In this document: in pieces, positions 39,189 to 50,790 of the stretch
How positions within the stretch are numbered: the stretch's first letter is position 1
Layout of the letters: every line of letters starts with the position of its first letter
DNA from: Klebsormidium nitens
Lineage: Eukaryota; Plantae; Klebsormidiophyceae
Assembly: GCA_000708835.1 (NCBI GenBank)
Contig: DF237350.1
Span: forward strand, 21,172-85,171
DNA: 64,000 bases
Direction of reading: 5' to 3'
Translations under genes and position numbers: made by a program
The notes under the pieces: generated by a model
Seen by the model: only the letters and a program-made list of their open reading frames with translations
Databases searched by the model: none
Told to the model about the DNA's origin: nothing

Positions 39189-39921
39189 TGCTCTACCTGT
39201 TTGACCTTGCGCAGTTGCCTTGACAGCAAAGGTCTCATGCACGGACCTGCTTCGTTGTCTTGCAGATGCCTCGAGCAGGTCCTCTTTGAGATGTCGCAAA
39301 GAAGAAGCTGTGCTGCATGCAGAAAACGAAGCAGTCACTTGCAATAGATGCAATTTTACTCTTAGAAACCACGCTCTTTCAAACTTTCTCGCGGGCTTTT
39401 GAAGGCAGTCTACACAGTTTGACAAGACACACGTACGACTCTCCCAAATTCCGAACTTCGGTTCTTGCTGCCGATTTTTGCGGTCCTAAATGCGGTTAAG
39501 ACTTAACCAACCGCATATATATGGTATCGAAGCGGCGTGCATGCTAAAACGGAAATCATGCAAGATCGGGTTTAGATTAACCCTTAGATTGTCGCTTGAC
39601 GATCGCTTGACGATCGTGACACATCTTTCGAGCGACTCAAAGCACATGAGAATTCAAAATTCAAAGCACAGAGCATGCGCGCATCAGAGAACAAAAGATG
39701 ATCGGAGAACAGAAGATGAAGGAAAGAACTAAGGAAAGCGGCCGGCTTTGGAGGTCAGGCCACACATGTTCAAGCAGCAGCGCTTCAAGGTCATGCAGAA
39801 CGCATTCGGGTACTGCAAGTCTCATTCACGACAGAAGATTAAAAAGCACGCAGAATTGAATCAATCTGGAGACAAATTTGATAGTTCGATGGTGACTATG
39901 GAATGATACATCACTAGGAAA
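39189..39921. promoter_or_regulatory. Putative bidirectional promoter between the accessory gene and the transposase
   Basis: ~730 bp between divergent ATGs (39188 on -, 39922 on +). Inferred from gene layout only. Confidence 0.5.
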
Positions 39922-42900
39922 ATGCTTCGTCTAGAGCCTATCAACTCAGAGGGCAAAGTGCTGTGCACATGTAAGTTTTGCACATCGCGAGGGAGTGGGG
40001 CTGCTCCGGGAGGAGGACGGTATATTTGCGCTTCCGCAAGAAGAAAGCACCTTGCACTCGACAGCTCATGCAGGGCTCATGCAGATGTTGCCACTGCAGC
40101 ACGCTTGGAGCAGCTGCAAGGGGGCTCAGAAGATCAAGATTGGGGGTCGGGTGATATTGATGGGGCGAGTTGCCTGGATCCTGCAGATCAGGCTTGTCAT
40201 GAAGAGAAAAGACGGGAAAGCAGCAGGCCCAATCCTTCTGAGTCAGAATCTGGAAGCAGCAGGCGGGCTGAAAGCGTTGCAGGAGAACGGGCAAGCATTG
40301 GCAGCTGGTTCACAGGCGTGCAACTACCAGACTTCGAGTATGCAGATGACTCAGAATCGCATGGAAACGGACCAGCGCAAGGCGCTCCTGTGTCTGAAGT
40401 AGAGCTAAAACTCATGGACTGTCTGGTTGACTTGGTGAAGATTGGAGACAAAGCAGGTCTTAGCAACGAAATCATGGACAAGCTTGTGAAGCTATGCTTC
40501 TCTAGGACCAACTCTATCGCCGCAGCCATCGACCCTCGATGGAAGGAAACGGTGGACAGGCTGAATCTGCCACAGTCTCATGACCAGGTAGGCCCCTACT
40601 GTCCTTGTGTCCGTGTGAAGAGGCAATAATACATATATATAGATGCTGCAACATCTGTAGTCAATATTGCCTGGTTGTGTCCTAGTGAAGTCCATCAGCG
40701 AGTAGTGTTTGAGCTCTTGCCCGTACCTCTCTAGTTGAAAGCAGCTTAACCGACAAAGCCAACGACCTGAAAACCCTGTTTTGTGACTCTTCTCGACCCG
40801 TCTTCTTTGCATCTGCCACGTAGAATCTAAGAAGCTTTTGCACTCTTTGCACTCTTTGCGCTCTTCTCATCCCCAGTTCCTATTCCCCAAAAAGCCTTCT
40901 TGTGGCCCTTTTGACGACTTACTTAACTTCGCCAGGTCCACCTCCAACCAGCTTCCGAAAACCCGTTTCAAAACACCTACTTTTGTCTCCTTTCTCTTTT
41001 TCCGCAGTCTGTGCCACGTGCCCGAACCCTATTTTTGGCTCGATAACCCACGCTCCCAGCTGAATCAAATCTTCTAAATCCGCTGTGGTGTCCAAATGCT
41101 CAACCCCCTGATTTTCTTGTCCGTTAATCACCTCCGAGAACCTTCTTTTCGTCCCCCCCGAGCTGGCAGAGTAGCTCTTAGTTAACCCTCTGCGCAGACC
41201 CGTTTTTTGATCCGATTACCGGACGAAACGATTCGAAACTTTAATTGAATGCAAGTTTCTGGATGGTTGTTCCAGACATACATCACCCTAAATCTCTTGG
41301 CCGTTCGTTTCCGTACAAAGCGGGACCCGTTTTGTCAACATGCTTTTCAGCCCCCCTGTTTGACACAGCCGTGTTTTTGATGACGTCAGCACGATCCACT
41401 CTGAGACGGACTTCGTCCGACCATCATTTTCCGTACTTTCATGTCTTCCTTACAGACTCCAACCTTCGGCCGACCCTATTTCTCAATCGAAACCTCTAAA
41501 CCGACTGTTCACAAAATCCCTCTTCGCCAGGTACGGCCCAGCCATGTCTGGCAAAGTACCCCAGGTTCCGCAGCTAACCGAAAAACACTTACCCACTTTT
41601 TAATTCTTCGACCTTGATAATTTTTAAGAGGGCGTTGAACCGAACACACGTACTCCGCGTTTCAGATCTGAAGTCCGAAAGGTTTTGAATCCGGCGCTTC
41701 AGTTCAAAATCTGGCTCCCATCTTAAGCCTCTCTCCAAACAGCTCGATCTTTGCTGACGTCAGCGCTTCCCACACTGGCATCAGAACCTTCCAAACCCTG
41801 ATATCGACTTTCTGTCTTTCCTATCTCAATTGCACCCCTTTTGGTCAGAGTTTACGGTCCCAGCTCCAGCATCTGAAACTCCGCCCCTCGTATCACTTCT
41901 ACAGAAAACACCGTGAAACGCATCTGTACAGATTTCAGAACCAATCACTCGAATGCCAATTCGGCAACTGCAGCTGAAACGGTGCTGAAAAGGTGCACTC
42001 CTCTTCTTTTGCAGGTGACGAACTACCTCGCAAGGTCGTCACGTCTACTTGGAGAAGTCCAAACGTACCGCTGGCACCCCGGCCCCGAGAAAGGGCAAGA
42101 CAAGGGCCACTGGCATCTTTTTGCACCCAGTTCAGAGGACAACAAGTCCACCCCGTGCCCCGAGTGCGAAGACCGACCAGGCAGGCCAGCGTGGCGCGAC
42201 TGCCCCGAACACCAAGAAAAGTGCCCCGACTGCGGGTTCTTGCGCCGGGATGCCTTTGAACTCCCCTTCATCTCCCCCGAGCTGCATGCTCGCGCAAAGC
42301 TAACCACGGTCGAGGGGTGCAAGGACGCCACGGTCAGAGGGGCTTGGGGCGAGCGAGACCACTGGTTGGGGCAACCGAAAGGGGGGGTACACGAGCCGCA
42401 GTCCGAAGTCTGGGACGGGGAGAGGTGGCGAGACGACGCCGCTTTCTTCGACCCCCAGTCCAGCTTCCTCTTGCCCTTGAGATGCAGTGAGTGCTGCAAA
42501 GCACGGAACGTGTATTGCGCCCAAAATTTTCGACCCCCGTGGTTCACCCGACCGACCCCCCAGATGTGGTGTGCCGAACGGAAGCGCTTCGAAACTCGGT
42601 GTCCGATCTGCAAGAGTGCAGTCGTGGCCACTTTGGAAGAGCTCCAAAAACGGGGGGATCCAAGGAACCTGAAGCTCGGACTTCACCTGGACGGGTTTCC
42701 TGCGGCGAGCACTTCAAACAAGTCGAGCTGCATTATGGACATCTTCCCGATGACAGTGTCGAAGCTGACCCTGCACAAGGCAGCGAGATTGGCTGTGGCC
42801 TGTCATGTACCCCCAGAAGATGCAGATGGTCCCCGGGCCCGACAGCTACGATGCCTTCATGCTGGTCCTTGTCCTCGACGCCCTGAGGCTGTTCATCGAG

Positions 42901-45900
42901 GGCGTCGAACTTGACTACGCCCTTCCCCCCCAAGAGATAAGCGCCCATGTCCCCCCTAGGAGCGGACCGGTCAGAATTCGGATGATGATCTCCAGCGTCT
43001 TCTCCGATCTTCCGGCGCTTGCGGACATGGTAAAGTTCAAGCTCGGGGGTTTTCACGTATCAAGGGGCTGCAAGCATGTCGGCAGCTACGTGGACGGAAA
43101 GCTGGTCTACACGGACGGCCGCCGACTCGCCCGCGACGGATGCGTCCCGAAGACAATGGACGAGGTGGCGGCGGCCATGCTCGAGCAGCTGGGGGCGGAA
43201 ACAAAAGCGGAGCGCGCGGAAATTGGGCACCGGACCGGCATCATCGGGTTTAGCATGTTGCTAATTTTGTGGGCCGCATACGGTCTGCACCTAGTGCTTG
43301 ACGTATGCAGCGACTTTCTGCACTGCGGGCCGGAAAACCTGTGCAAGCACCTGATCCGCGATATGCTGTACGGGGTGAGCCGGAAGCAGGGGGAAACAAC
43401 GGAATTAGTAGAACCCCCCCGGGCGGATCTGAAGGAGTTCGGCAGGCGACTGGCGGGGATTAAGCCCNNNNNNNNNNNNNNNNNNNNNNNNNNNNNNNNN
43501 NNNNNNNNNNNNNNNNNNNNNNNNNNNNNNNNNNNNNNNNNNNNNNNNNNNNNNNNNNNNNNNNNNNNNNNNNNNNNNNNNNNNNNNNNNNNNNNNNNNN
43601 NNNNNNNNNNNNNNNNNNNNNNNNNNNNNNNNNNNNNNNNNNNNNNNNNNNNNNNNNNNNNNNNNNNNNNNNNNNNNNNNNNNNNNNNNNNNNNNNNNNN
43701 NNNNNNNNNNNNNNNNNNNNNNNNNNNNNCGAGATCCGCCACGGGACGGAAGGCCGTCAGACGAGCGGCTTTTAACGAGCATGCGAACGGAGGGGGTGGT
43801 AGTCGGTCAGCTGCCGGAAAATTGGGAGCGGCGGTCTTTTCTGCGCCTCGAGAATCCGCAGCGTCTGGCCGTCGAGAGGATCCTAGACAAAGAGGCGCGG
43901 GCGGCCGGGAGGACGGGCGCCCGGCTGGAAGCCGGTACCGTCAAACGGGCAAAGAGCGTTCAGTTGGGGGAGCACAACTTTGCGGTCGGCGACCACGCTG
44001 TGCTGCGCCCAGAAGCTGCGGGCCGGTCGGAGGAGTACGTGCTCGTGGACTCCTTCTTCACAGCAAAGCCGCAAAATGGTCCCCGGCGGGTGTTCGTTCA
44101 GTTCTCTGCCTTCCAGGCGCAACGGGATGGGGCAACCGGGCTGCCTTTGGGCGGCAGACACCACAACTGCCTCATGCTGCATCCCCTCGAGCAAGCCCAG
44201 AAGCGCGTCCGGCTGGCTCGGGACCTGCGCCGGCACTTCATCCCGTGCCCCGCTCCTGGAGAAACCGTCTTTACTGGGAGCAGCCACGTGATCGAGGTCG
44301 CCCCGAGCGGGTTCGGTTTCGAGGCCCACGACGTGTGGGTGCCGGTTTACCCCCGGGTGAGCAAGCTCGCTTCTCTAGGACACTTCTTAGAGTGGCCTAC
44401 CGGCGTTCCTTCCATCGTAGATGTACAGGTTTCGAAACAATTGAGTTTTCTTTATGCTTTGCTGTAGTGCCGCGGTTCTGATTTTGAAACGGTCGTCTGC
44501 GGTTTGGTATGGGACTTCTGCAGATGCGAGGAGCCGGAAAGTGTGAGGAGGATCATCAAGAGATTCGATGCAGATTAAGAAGCTCTCACTTGCTCGTATC
44601 TTGTTCTTTTTCGTGATTTAGAAACAGCTTTGATGCAAGCAACCGCCGCTTTAGGTCAGGCAGGAAGCTGAGTCTGAGACGCATTCACACGCGAGGACAG
44701 GATCTTCTATGTTGAATTGTGTTCTGTCAACCTCCACGAATCGAAAACCAGCAGCTTTCTCCTTTGTTAGCTGGTACTTATTCAATCAACGATCCTTCAG
44801 CTTTTTCTTGGCGGCCGCTTACTGAAATCCGTTTTTGCCTTGCCGATTCTCTACATCAGTGTCCCTGTCGCTTACTTATGGGTTAAACCGCTAACCAACT
44901 CAATAATCTCTGTTAAGCCGCTAACTGATGTGGGTTATCTGTGGGTTAAGCACCTTACTGCTGACGGCTGCTATGGAATTAAGCTGCCGTTTCCTCTAAA
45001 GCTTAAACCGCTTATTTCTGATCGTTATTTGTAAGATGATGAGCTAACTGCTGTCGATTACCCGTAAGGCCTTGAGGTTTTCCGGTCGTACTCCCTGAAG
45101 AGATTGGGAAGACGCATCAGACTCCTTGGGTCCGTCAGTTTTGGGTCCAAATTTGTCCTCAAATACGTCCGATTCAACTCGGGAGCTTAAAGCATTCTGG
45201 TCTTTAAGCGCCGTTATCTTTAGTGGTGCAGTTGATATGCTCGTACATTTAGTAAGATCTGAGAGGAGCACGTTGACGTGTCATGCTCTCTGATTAGTCG
45301 ATCGTTGACCGTTTGCAAAGTCGAAGACGTCCAAATTAATCCGTTCTCAGCTTGCAGTCAGCTTTGACCGTTTTGGTTGCACAGCTTTCTCTTGCTTTCT
45401 TTCAGCAGTAGACTATTCTTAGAGTGCTTTTGACTGCTCTCCAACTTTAGTCGCTCGTCTTTTTGTGTGACGCGGTCACGATTTGGCAGCTTCTCAGCCT
45501 CACCATCGGATACCAACCCGTGCTTGCAGGTTGGAGACGTGGTGAGGCTGGCGGTCCGTGAACCTCCGGACGTCCGCCAAGAGGGCGTTCAAGGGCAGTG
45601 GGGGTACGGGGCCCCGTACGACATCCTCAAATTTGTGAAACCTGGGTTCTCCCTCTCGTACGCCCTCGTGAAGCAAGTGAGCAGCGGCCGGGGAAGGATG
45701 GCCGTCGTGCAGTGGCTGCGGCGCTCCGAACCCGCTGCACCGGACGGGGAGGAGAGCGACTGGACGCTGTGGCCTATAGCCGGACGCACGGCGATGGACG
45801 TGGATGACGTCAGCGAGAGCGACGCCAGTGAGAGCGAGAGCGAGGACGAGATCGCGGGCGCGTTCGACCTCAAGCGAGTCACGTGGAACTCGATCGTCGA

Positions 45901-45988
45901 CCGCGTGGAGTCGATAAAGGCGTTCGAGGACGAGAGGGGAACGGTGTTCCGCTTCAAGACGCTTCCGCCCGTGAGGGTACGGATTTAG
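39922..45988 (+). CDS. CACTA/EnSpm-family (Tnp2-like) DDE transposase, multi-exon; one frameshift and an assembly gap
   Basis: Exon 39922-40587 has the N-terminal CxCxxC…H zinc motif (CTCKFC…RRKH). The exon from 42015 has SEVWDGERWR, DPRNLKLGLHLDGF (catalytic D1, 42690), VPGPDSYDAF, SDLPAL (D2, 43006) and DFLHC (DxxH). A frameshift lies near 42768-42771. The frame is open after the gap to 44356, and the last exon is 45530-45988 (VYPR|VGDVV). Confidence 0.92.
40745..41715 (+). repeat. Intronic ~950-bp repeat, copy B, in transposase intron 1 (40588-42014)
   Basis: Collinear reverse-complement match to 35320-36262, e.g. CGCTTCAGTTCAAAA (~41695) vs reverse complement of TTTTGAACTGAGGCG (~35326). 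Confidence 0.85.
43468..43729. other. Assembly gap (262 N) inside the transposase
   Basis: Run of N. True length and content are unknown. Confidence 1.
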
Positions 45989-45989
45989 G

Positions 45990-46240
45990 GATAAGCGGAA
46001 GAAAGCGGAACCGGAAACGGAACGGAGAGCGGAACCGAAACGGAGACCGGAAGTGGAATTGGAACGGAAAGCGGAGTTGGAAGCGGAATCGAAAGCAGAA
46101 CTGGCAACGGAACGGAATTGGAGACGGAACGGGTTACAGGGACGGAAGCGTAATCGGATTCGGAAGCGGTATTGAAACCGAAAGCAGTAACGGAAAAGAA
46201 AGCGGATCGGAACGGGAGAGGGAAACGGAGTTCCGGTGAA
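45990..46240 (+). repeat. Degenerate GGAAC/GGAAA tract immediately after the transposase stop
   Basis: Dense CGGAAC, CGGAAA and CGGAAT units, same family and orientation as 31995-32500. Confidence 0.85.
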
Positions 46241-46899
46241 GCAACGGAGGAGGGGGGGAAGACCGGAGGGCGTTGCTTCGAAAAAGTGTTGGGGTTACAG
46301 GTCTGTATACCCTCGAGTTGCAGAAGAGTTGCAAGGGAGTATACTAAGTGATTGAGGACTATTTTGGAATCCATGAGAGCTTGGCCTGTATAAGATGGAC
46401 TACCTTGTTCCATTCATACATCTCCTTAGACGATTCATACATCTCCTCAGGCAAATTGATTCTATCAACATTCAATGTGGTATATCACGTACTTGCTTCA
46501 AGAGTATGGTACGCATGCATTACGGTAGTTTCATTTGCATGATTGGCTCTCGAAATCGAACAATTTCGAAACGTGCTACTGTGTCGAGTTGGATTAGCTT
46601 GTGCCAGCTTCTGTTTGTCACGCCGATTTGTGCAGAGTTGATGAGTGCGCGTGAGTCACACATGTTATGATTGTTCAATTTTGTATGTATGCTCCATCGA
46701 CATAAATCGTTTAACGTACACACATATGCATAGCTGAGACTCCTGACTCCTACCAAAGACTTAGTCTCGTCCAGCTGCACGTGCACATGCGTATTGGATC
46801 TGGAGAACAGATTTACTACGATTGTTTGATTACATACAGCGTTTTGTATGGCTCGTAAGCAATTCACGTTAACAAACACTAGCAACGGTCAAGCAGTTG

Positions 46900-47260
46900 A
46901 TTGCTGCCCGGTCATGTCCTGGGGGCCTTGCCCGGCCTGTCATCCTTCCCCGCTCATCATTCTGCTGCCCGATCTTTTGTTGCCCGATCTCGGCCGATCT
47001 TGTTGCCCGATCATCTTCGCTGCCCGGAGACAACTTCGCTGCCCGGTGTTTGTTGCCCGGCCAGCGCCGTTCTTCCCCGACCACCCGTGTTGCCCGGTCA
47101 TTCTGCAAGTCCGGGCAAGGCAACCTGAAGTTCATTGCCCGGTCATGTGTCCGGGCAGGGATCCGGCATGATCGGGCAGGACACCCGAAGCCCGGGCAGC
47201 GCTGGCGAGCATTGGGGTGGCCGGGCAAGAAGACCGGGCAAACCGGTTTTCCGCCCTGTG
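46900..47260. repeat. Right subterminal TGCCCG/CGGGCA array plus TIR
   Basis: About ten inner TGCCCG units followed by outer CGGGCA units, ending in CCTGTG. Mirror image of the left end. Confidence 0.9.
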
Positions 47261-50200
47261 TTATGGACACGTCATGGTTATGTACACAGCAAACCCCTTC
47301 TAGATGCGGGTAGAAATACCTCCTGATCTCGTCAGGAACTGTCGTCGTTATTCTGTTCCATGTCCGTCCGGGCCCGCAACCGGGGTCTTTCATGGACGCT
47401 GTATGATATAAGGTCCAAAGACCAATACTGCGTCCAGTTGGAAGGCTGACAATTTTGTCGTTAGACCTTAAGCGAAGGAGTTTTCATATCGATTTAGACC
47501 CTTTTGATCCCTCTGCTGAAGGCTCGATCATACGATCACAGCGTTGCAGAGGATTCTTGTAGATTCGACACAGTTGAGGTAGCGTTTGCAGCCGTTCATC
47601 TTTCCATCGAAGACAATGAGGACGTAGGACCGCTAACGCTAAGAGAGAGTGCAATTTTGGCAATCGACCTCCTGAATGCCGCTGGCCGTTCAAGTTGATT
47701 CAGCCGTTAACTGATCAGTGGGTGAACGTATGTATCCAATTATTTGTTGCCTGGGATGTATCCGGATGGATTCAAATACAAAATGTTTGAGAACTAACGT
47801 GGATTGAACAGGTCGAAATTCATTTGATCTGATCTGCCTTGTGCTACGTTGCTACTCACGCCGCTTCATTCGACTTATTCCTCTCTATGCCCACACAGCC
47901 CTTGATCAATTGTTGCAATGCTTCAGTGGTCCGATTTGTGACAGATATGAATCCCAGAACGTGAGCCTTCTCAAGGCTTACCAAATATTTTGTTGAGCCG
48001 CAGTTTTGAGGTCGTGTTTCTCGACTGTCTCCAGGCAACGAATCCTTCACGCGGCCGCGCGGACGCAGCGCGGGAACTGCAGCGGCCACGCCGGCACGTA
48101 TGAAGTTCCGAATCTGCATTGAGATTGAGGCGAAGCGACAGATGGATCAGTTGGCCCACTGACACACAAAGTTCGAGCGCAGCCGCAAAGTCAGCCCCCG
48201 TCGTGCTCAGGCGCGGGGCCCGCGGCCGCGCTGCGGATTTGGGCGACTGCAGGATTATCGCTCGCATTGGGCCGCGGCCGGCCCAGACCCCGAGGGTTTT
48301 GGGCCGCGCCCTCGCCGACGCGTTTGAGCCGCGGCCGGCTCCGACGGCACGCGCCAAAGCTGCCAGCCGCGCGGGTGGGGGTGCAGATAGCCCCGTCAAA
48401 CTTGTGTCACACTGTGGATCAGATGAGATTCGAGTATTGCTGAGCACTAAATGGAGTGACGCAGCCTCTCGGGTCGTCCGAGCAAAGGAACATATCTTTC
48501 ATAACCGTCTTATGATGTCTTTTGGTTGTGCGTTTTCGCGTTACGGAAGTAGATATAGATGCATGTTTTGCTGCGGTATAGTAGCGGCAGAGAAAAGTTG
48601 TCTGCCTACATGTCAAATACAAGGGTATCGAGCGCCTCCTCAGTCCTCTCCAGGGCCGCCGCTGCAAGATGTTTTGAATCTCTCTTGTATAGTGAGGAGC
48701 ATTGATTGCTAGAGCCGAAGGAGGGCGGTTGCGTGTGGGACATCCAGTTTTTCAAACCAAGAAGGCGTTTTAAGACTCTGAAGCAAAATTGACCATATGT
48801 ATTCATGCCTGGCTGCTCTTTTAACATCTCATCCAACGTGTATATTCATGAGACGGCGAGGATGACAAAGTGACGGCCTTGGCACCAGGCTGGGATGCTG
48901 GGTTCAAGCGCAAATCTTTAGGGCAATGGTACTCTGGGGTCGCCGCAGATCTTGAGATTTCTTGGGCGTAAGCGGAAAAGCGGTTTCCTCTCAAGTGTCC
49001 TTCATTACACGGAAGGAATACGTTTTACTATGTTTCCTCAATTCGTATGTGTGCTGGCTGTGACTAGCCAATGTACTATACATAGGGCGGCTTCAAATCG
49101 TTCTTGTGAGTGTGCCGAAGCGAGCGCACCATGGAAATTGTGTGACAAGTGACTAGGCAGCCTCACCTCAAGGGAACGGCTACAAACAAAGAGGCTCATG
49201 GCTGCACGCTGCCTGAGATCCAATGGATCAGCTTTGACCTTATTATGCTGAAAACCCGACCCCTAGCTCGCGGTGCACCGTTGTCAAGTCCGAACCCTTT
49301 ACCCCGTTCGATTGGCTCGTGACGGCAAGCAATGCCAAAGACAATACTATTGGGATTATTGGTGCAAGTCTTGTTGGCTTGTACATATGGATGCCATTAC
49401 AACTGTTTGAGCCTCAGATTCTCTGTTGAGGCGTTTGCGTACGCGTATACGAGGAAAGAGGAGTTATGTCTTGTCGACTACACTGAGGTTTCCTGCCTGC
49501 TCCAAGTGAGTCGCCCTTTACATATATGTAGTGGATAGCTCTGCAGGATCTACCTTACAGTCCATACGGAGACGTTACGTCATCACTCTCTTTGCGAAGA
49601 TGAGCGTTGACACAGAGTCAGTTGACGTACGAAGACATCGGGGCAATGACTAGGATCAGTCGGGCGCTGCATGCTTGCTCAATGACGGTGCTGTTTCTTC
49701 ATCCCGTTCGAAACCTGACAAAGATTATTGACGTTCAGATGTCGGCAAAGTTTTCAAAGCGTTAGGTGTCCGCTTTCTTTACTGCCCACATTCCAACTGT
49801 ATGATGCCAGGACGAAGAAGAGGGCCTTCTAACTGGACGAAGGCCCATCTCATTTTAAGAGGGTCTGAATCATTATCCCTATCGCGAGAAACAAAATCCG
49901 CCAATGACTCTGGATGTCTTCAAAGCCCACAAACATAGAGACGTCTCTGTTTACAACCGTTTCCGAGATCCTGTGTTTTGTTCTATCCTGTCTGCATTTC
50001 AATTTCAGGCCCTCTGCTTCTCTTCCGACTCCAAGATGATGGATTCCGTCTCCGCACAGTCAATCTCCCTTTTTCGATGTCCTTCCGGTGCTCCGGCGAA
50101 GGCATATTGAACGCGTAAGCACAGAACGGTTTCCGGTTGCATAGTACGTACCAGAACAAAGCGTGCACGGAGAAGGGAGCAGAGACAAGGGGCCGGCCTA

Positions 50201-50314
50201 GGTGTGCGACAGAGAACCGGTACCTCGGCGTCACCTCGCCTGAGCCAGGACGGACAAACTACTCTAGCGTTTTAGCGCTGCCCCAACCGAGGACTTGAGC
50301 TTGCCACGGGTAGC

Positions 50315-50790
50315 CAAACGGCACGGAACGGAGCGGAACGGAATGAAATGGACTGAAGGTAATGGATCGTTGAGAAGCGACCTCGAAACCTTGGCCCCTA
50401 GGCGGCGGGACAGCGCCCGCCGGGATCAAGACAACGGAAGACCCTTTGCTCCCTCAGCAACAGGCCGGAATTGGGGAGCAGCGGAACGGTTCGAACTGGC
50501 CGCGCACCATGCTCTTTACTGAAGCCATTCAAACAATGTCAATTTGGGGCAAGCCCGAAAAGCGGACGCTTGTAGACTGACCAGGGCTAGCGGCATGTCA
50601 GCTGGGGGCCGAGTGGGCACTGCGGAAGACCGGTCTGGAGCGGAGCGTGTAGCGGAAGGGCGGAATGGGGGCGGGCGTGCAGCAAAACACCGGACTCGGT
50701 CGCGGGCGAGTGGAACGGCTAGGCCGCGGTTCAGAGCGGAACAACGGAACAGGGGGCGCCGCTCTACTGCTGAGATGATTCAATGGTCTT
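50315..50790 (+). repeat. Degenerate CGGAAC-rich tract outside the transposon
   Basis: ACGGCACGGAACGGAGCGGAACGGAATG and further CGGAAC units. Confidence 0.55.

Larger units (their letters stand above)
30585..47260 (+). mobile_element. Full-length CMC/EnSpm (CACTA-superfamily) DNA transposon, 16,676 bp
   Basis: Left end CACAGGAAGGAAAGACGGTTTGCCCG vs reverse complement of right end CACAGGGCGGAAAACCGGTTTGCCCG (22/26 identical). 3-bp TSD TTA at 30582-30584 and 47261-47263. Subterminal repeat arrays at both ends and an internal Tnp2-type transposase. Confidence 0.95.

Noticed and set aside
42805-44481. 558-aa ORF read through the N gap
   Set aside because: Only the pre-gap part is transposase. 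The real post-gap frame is that of 43781-44356, and the gap length is unreliable.
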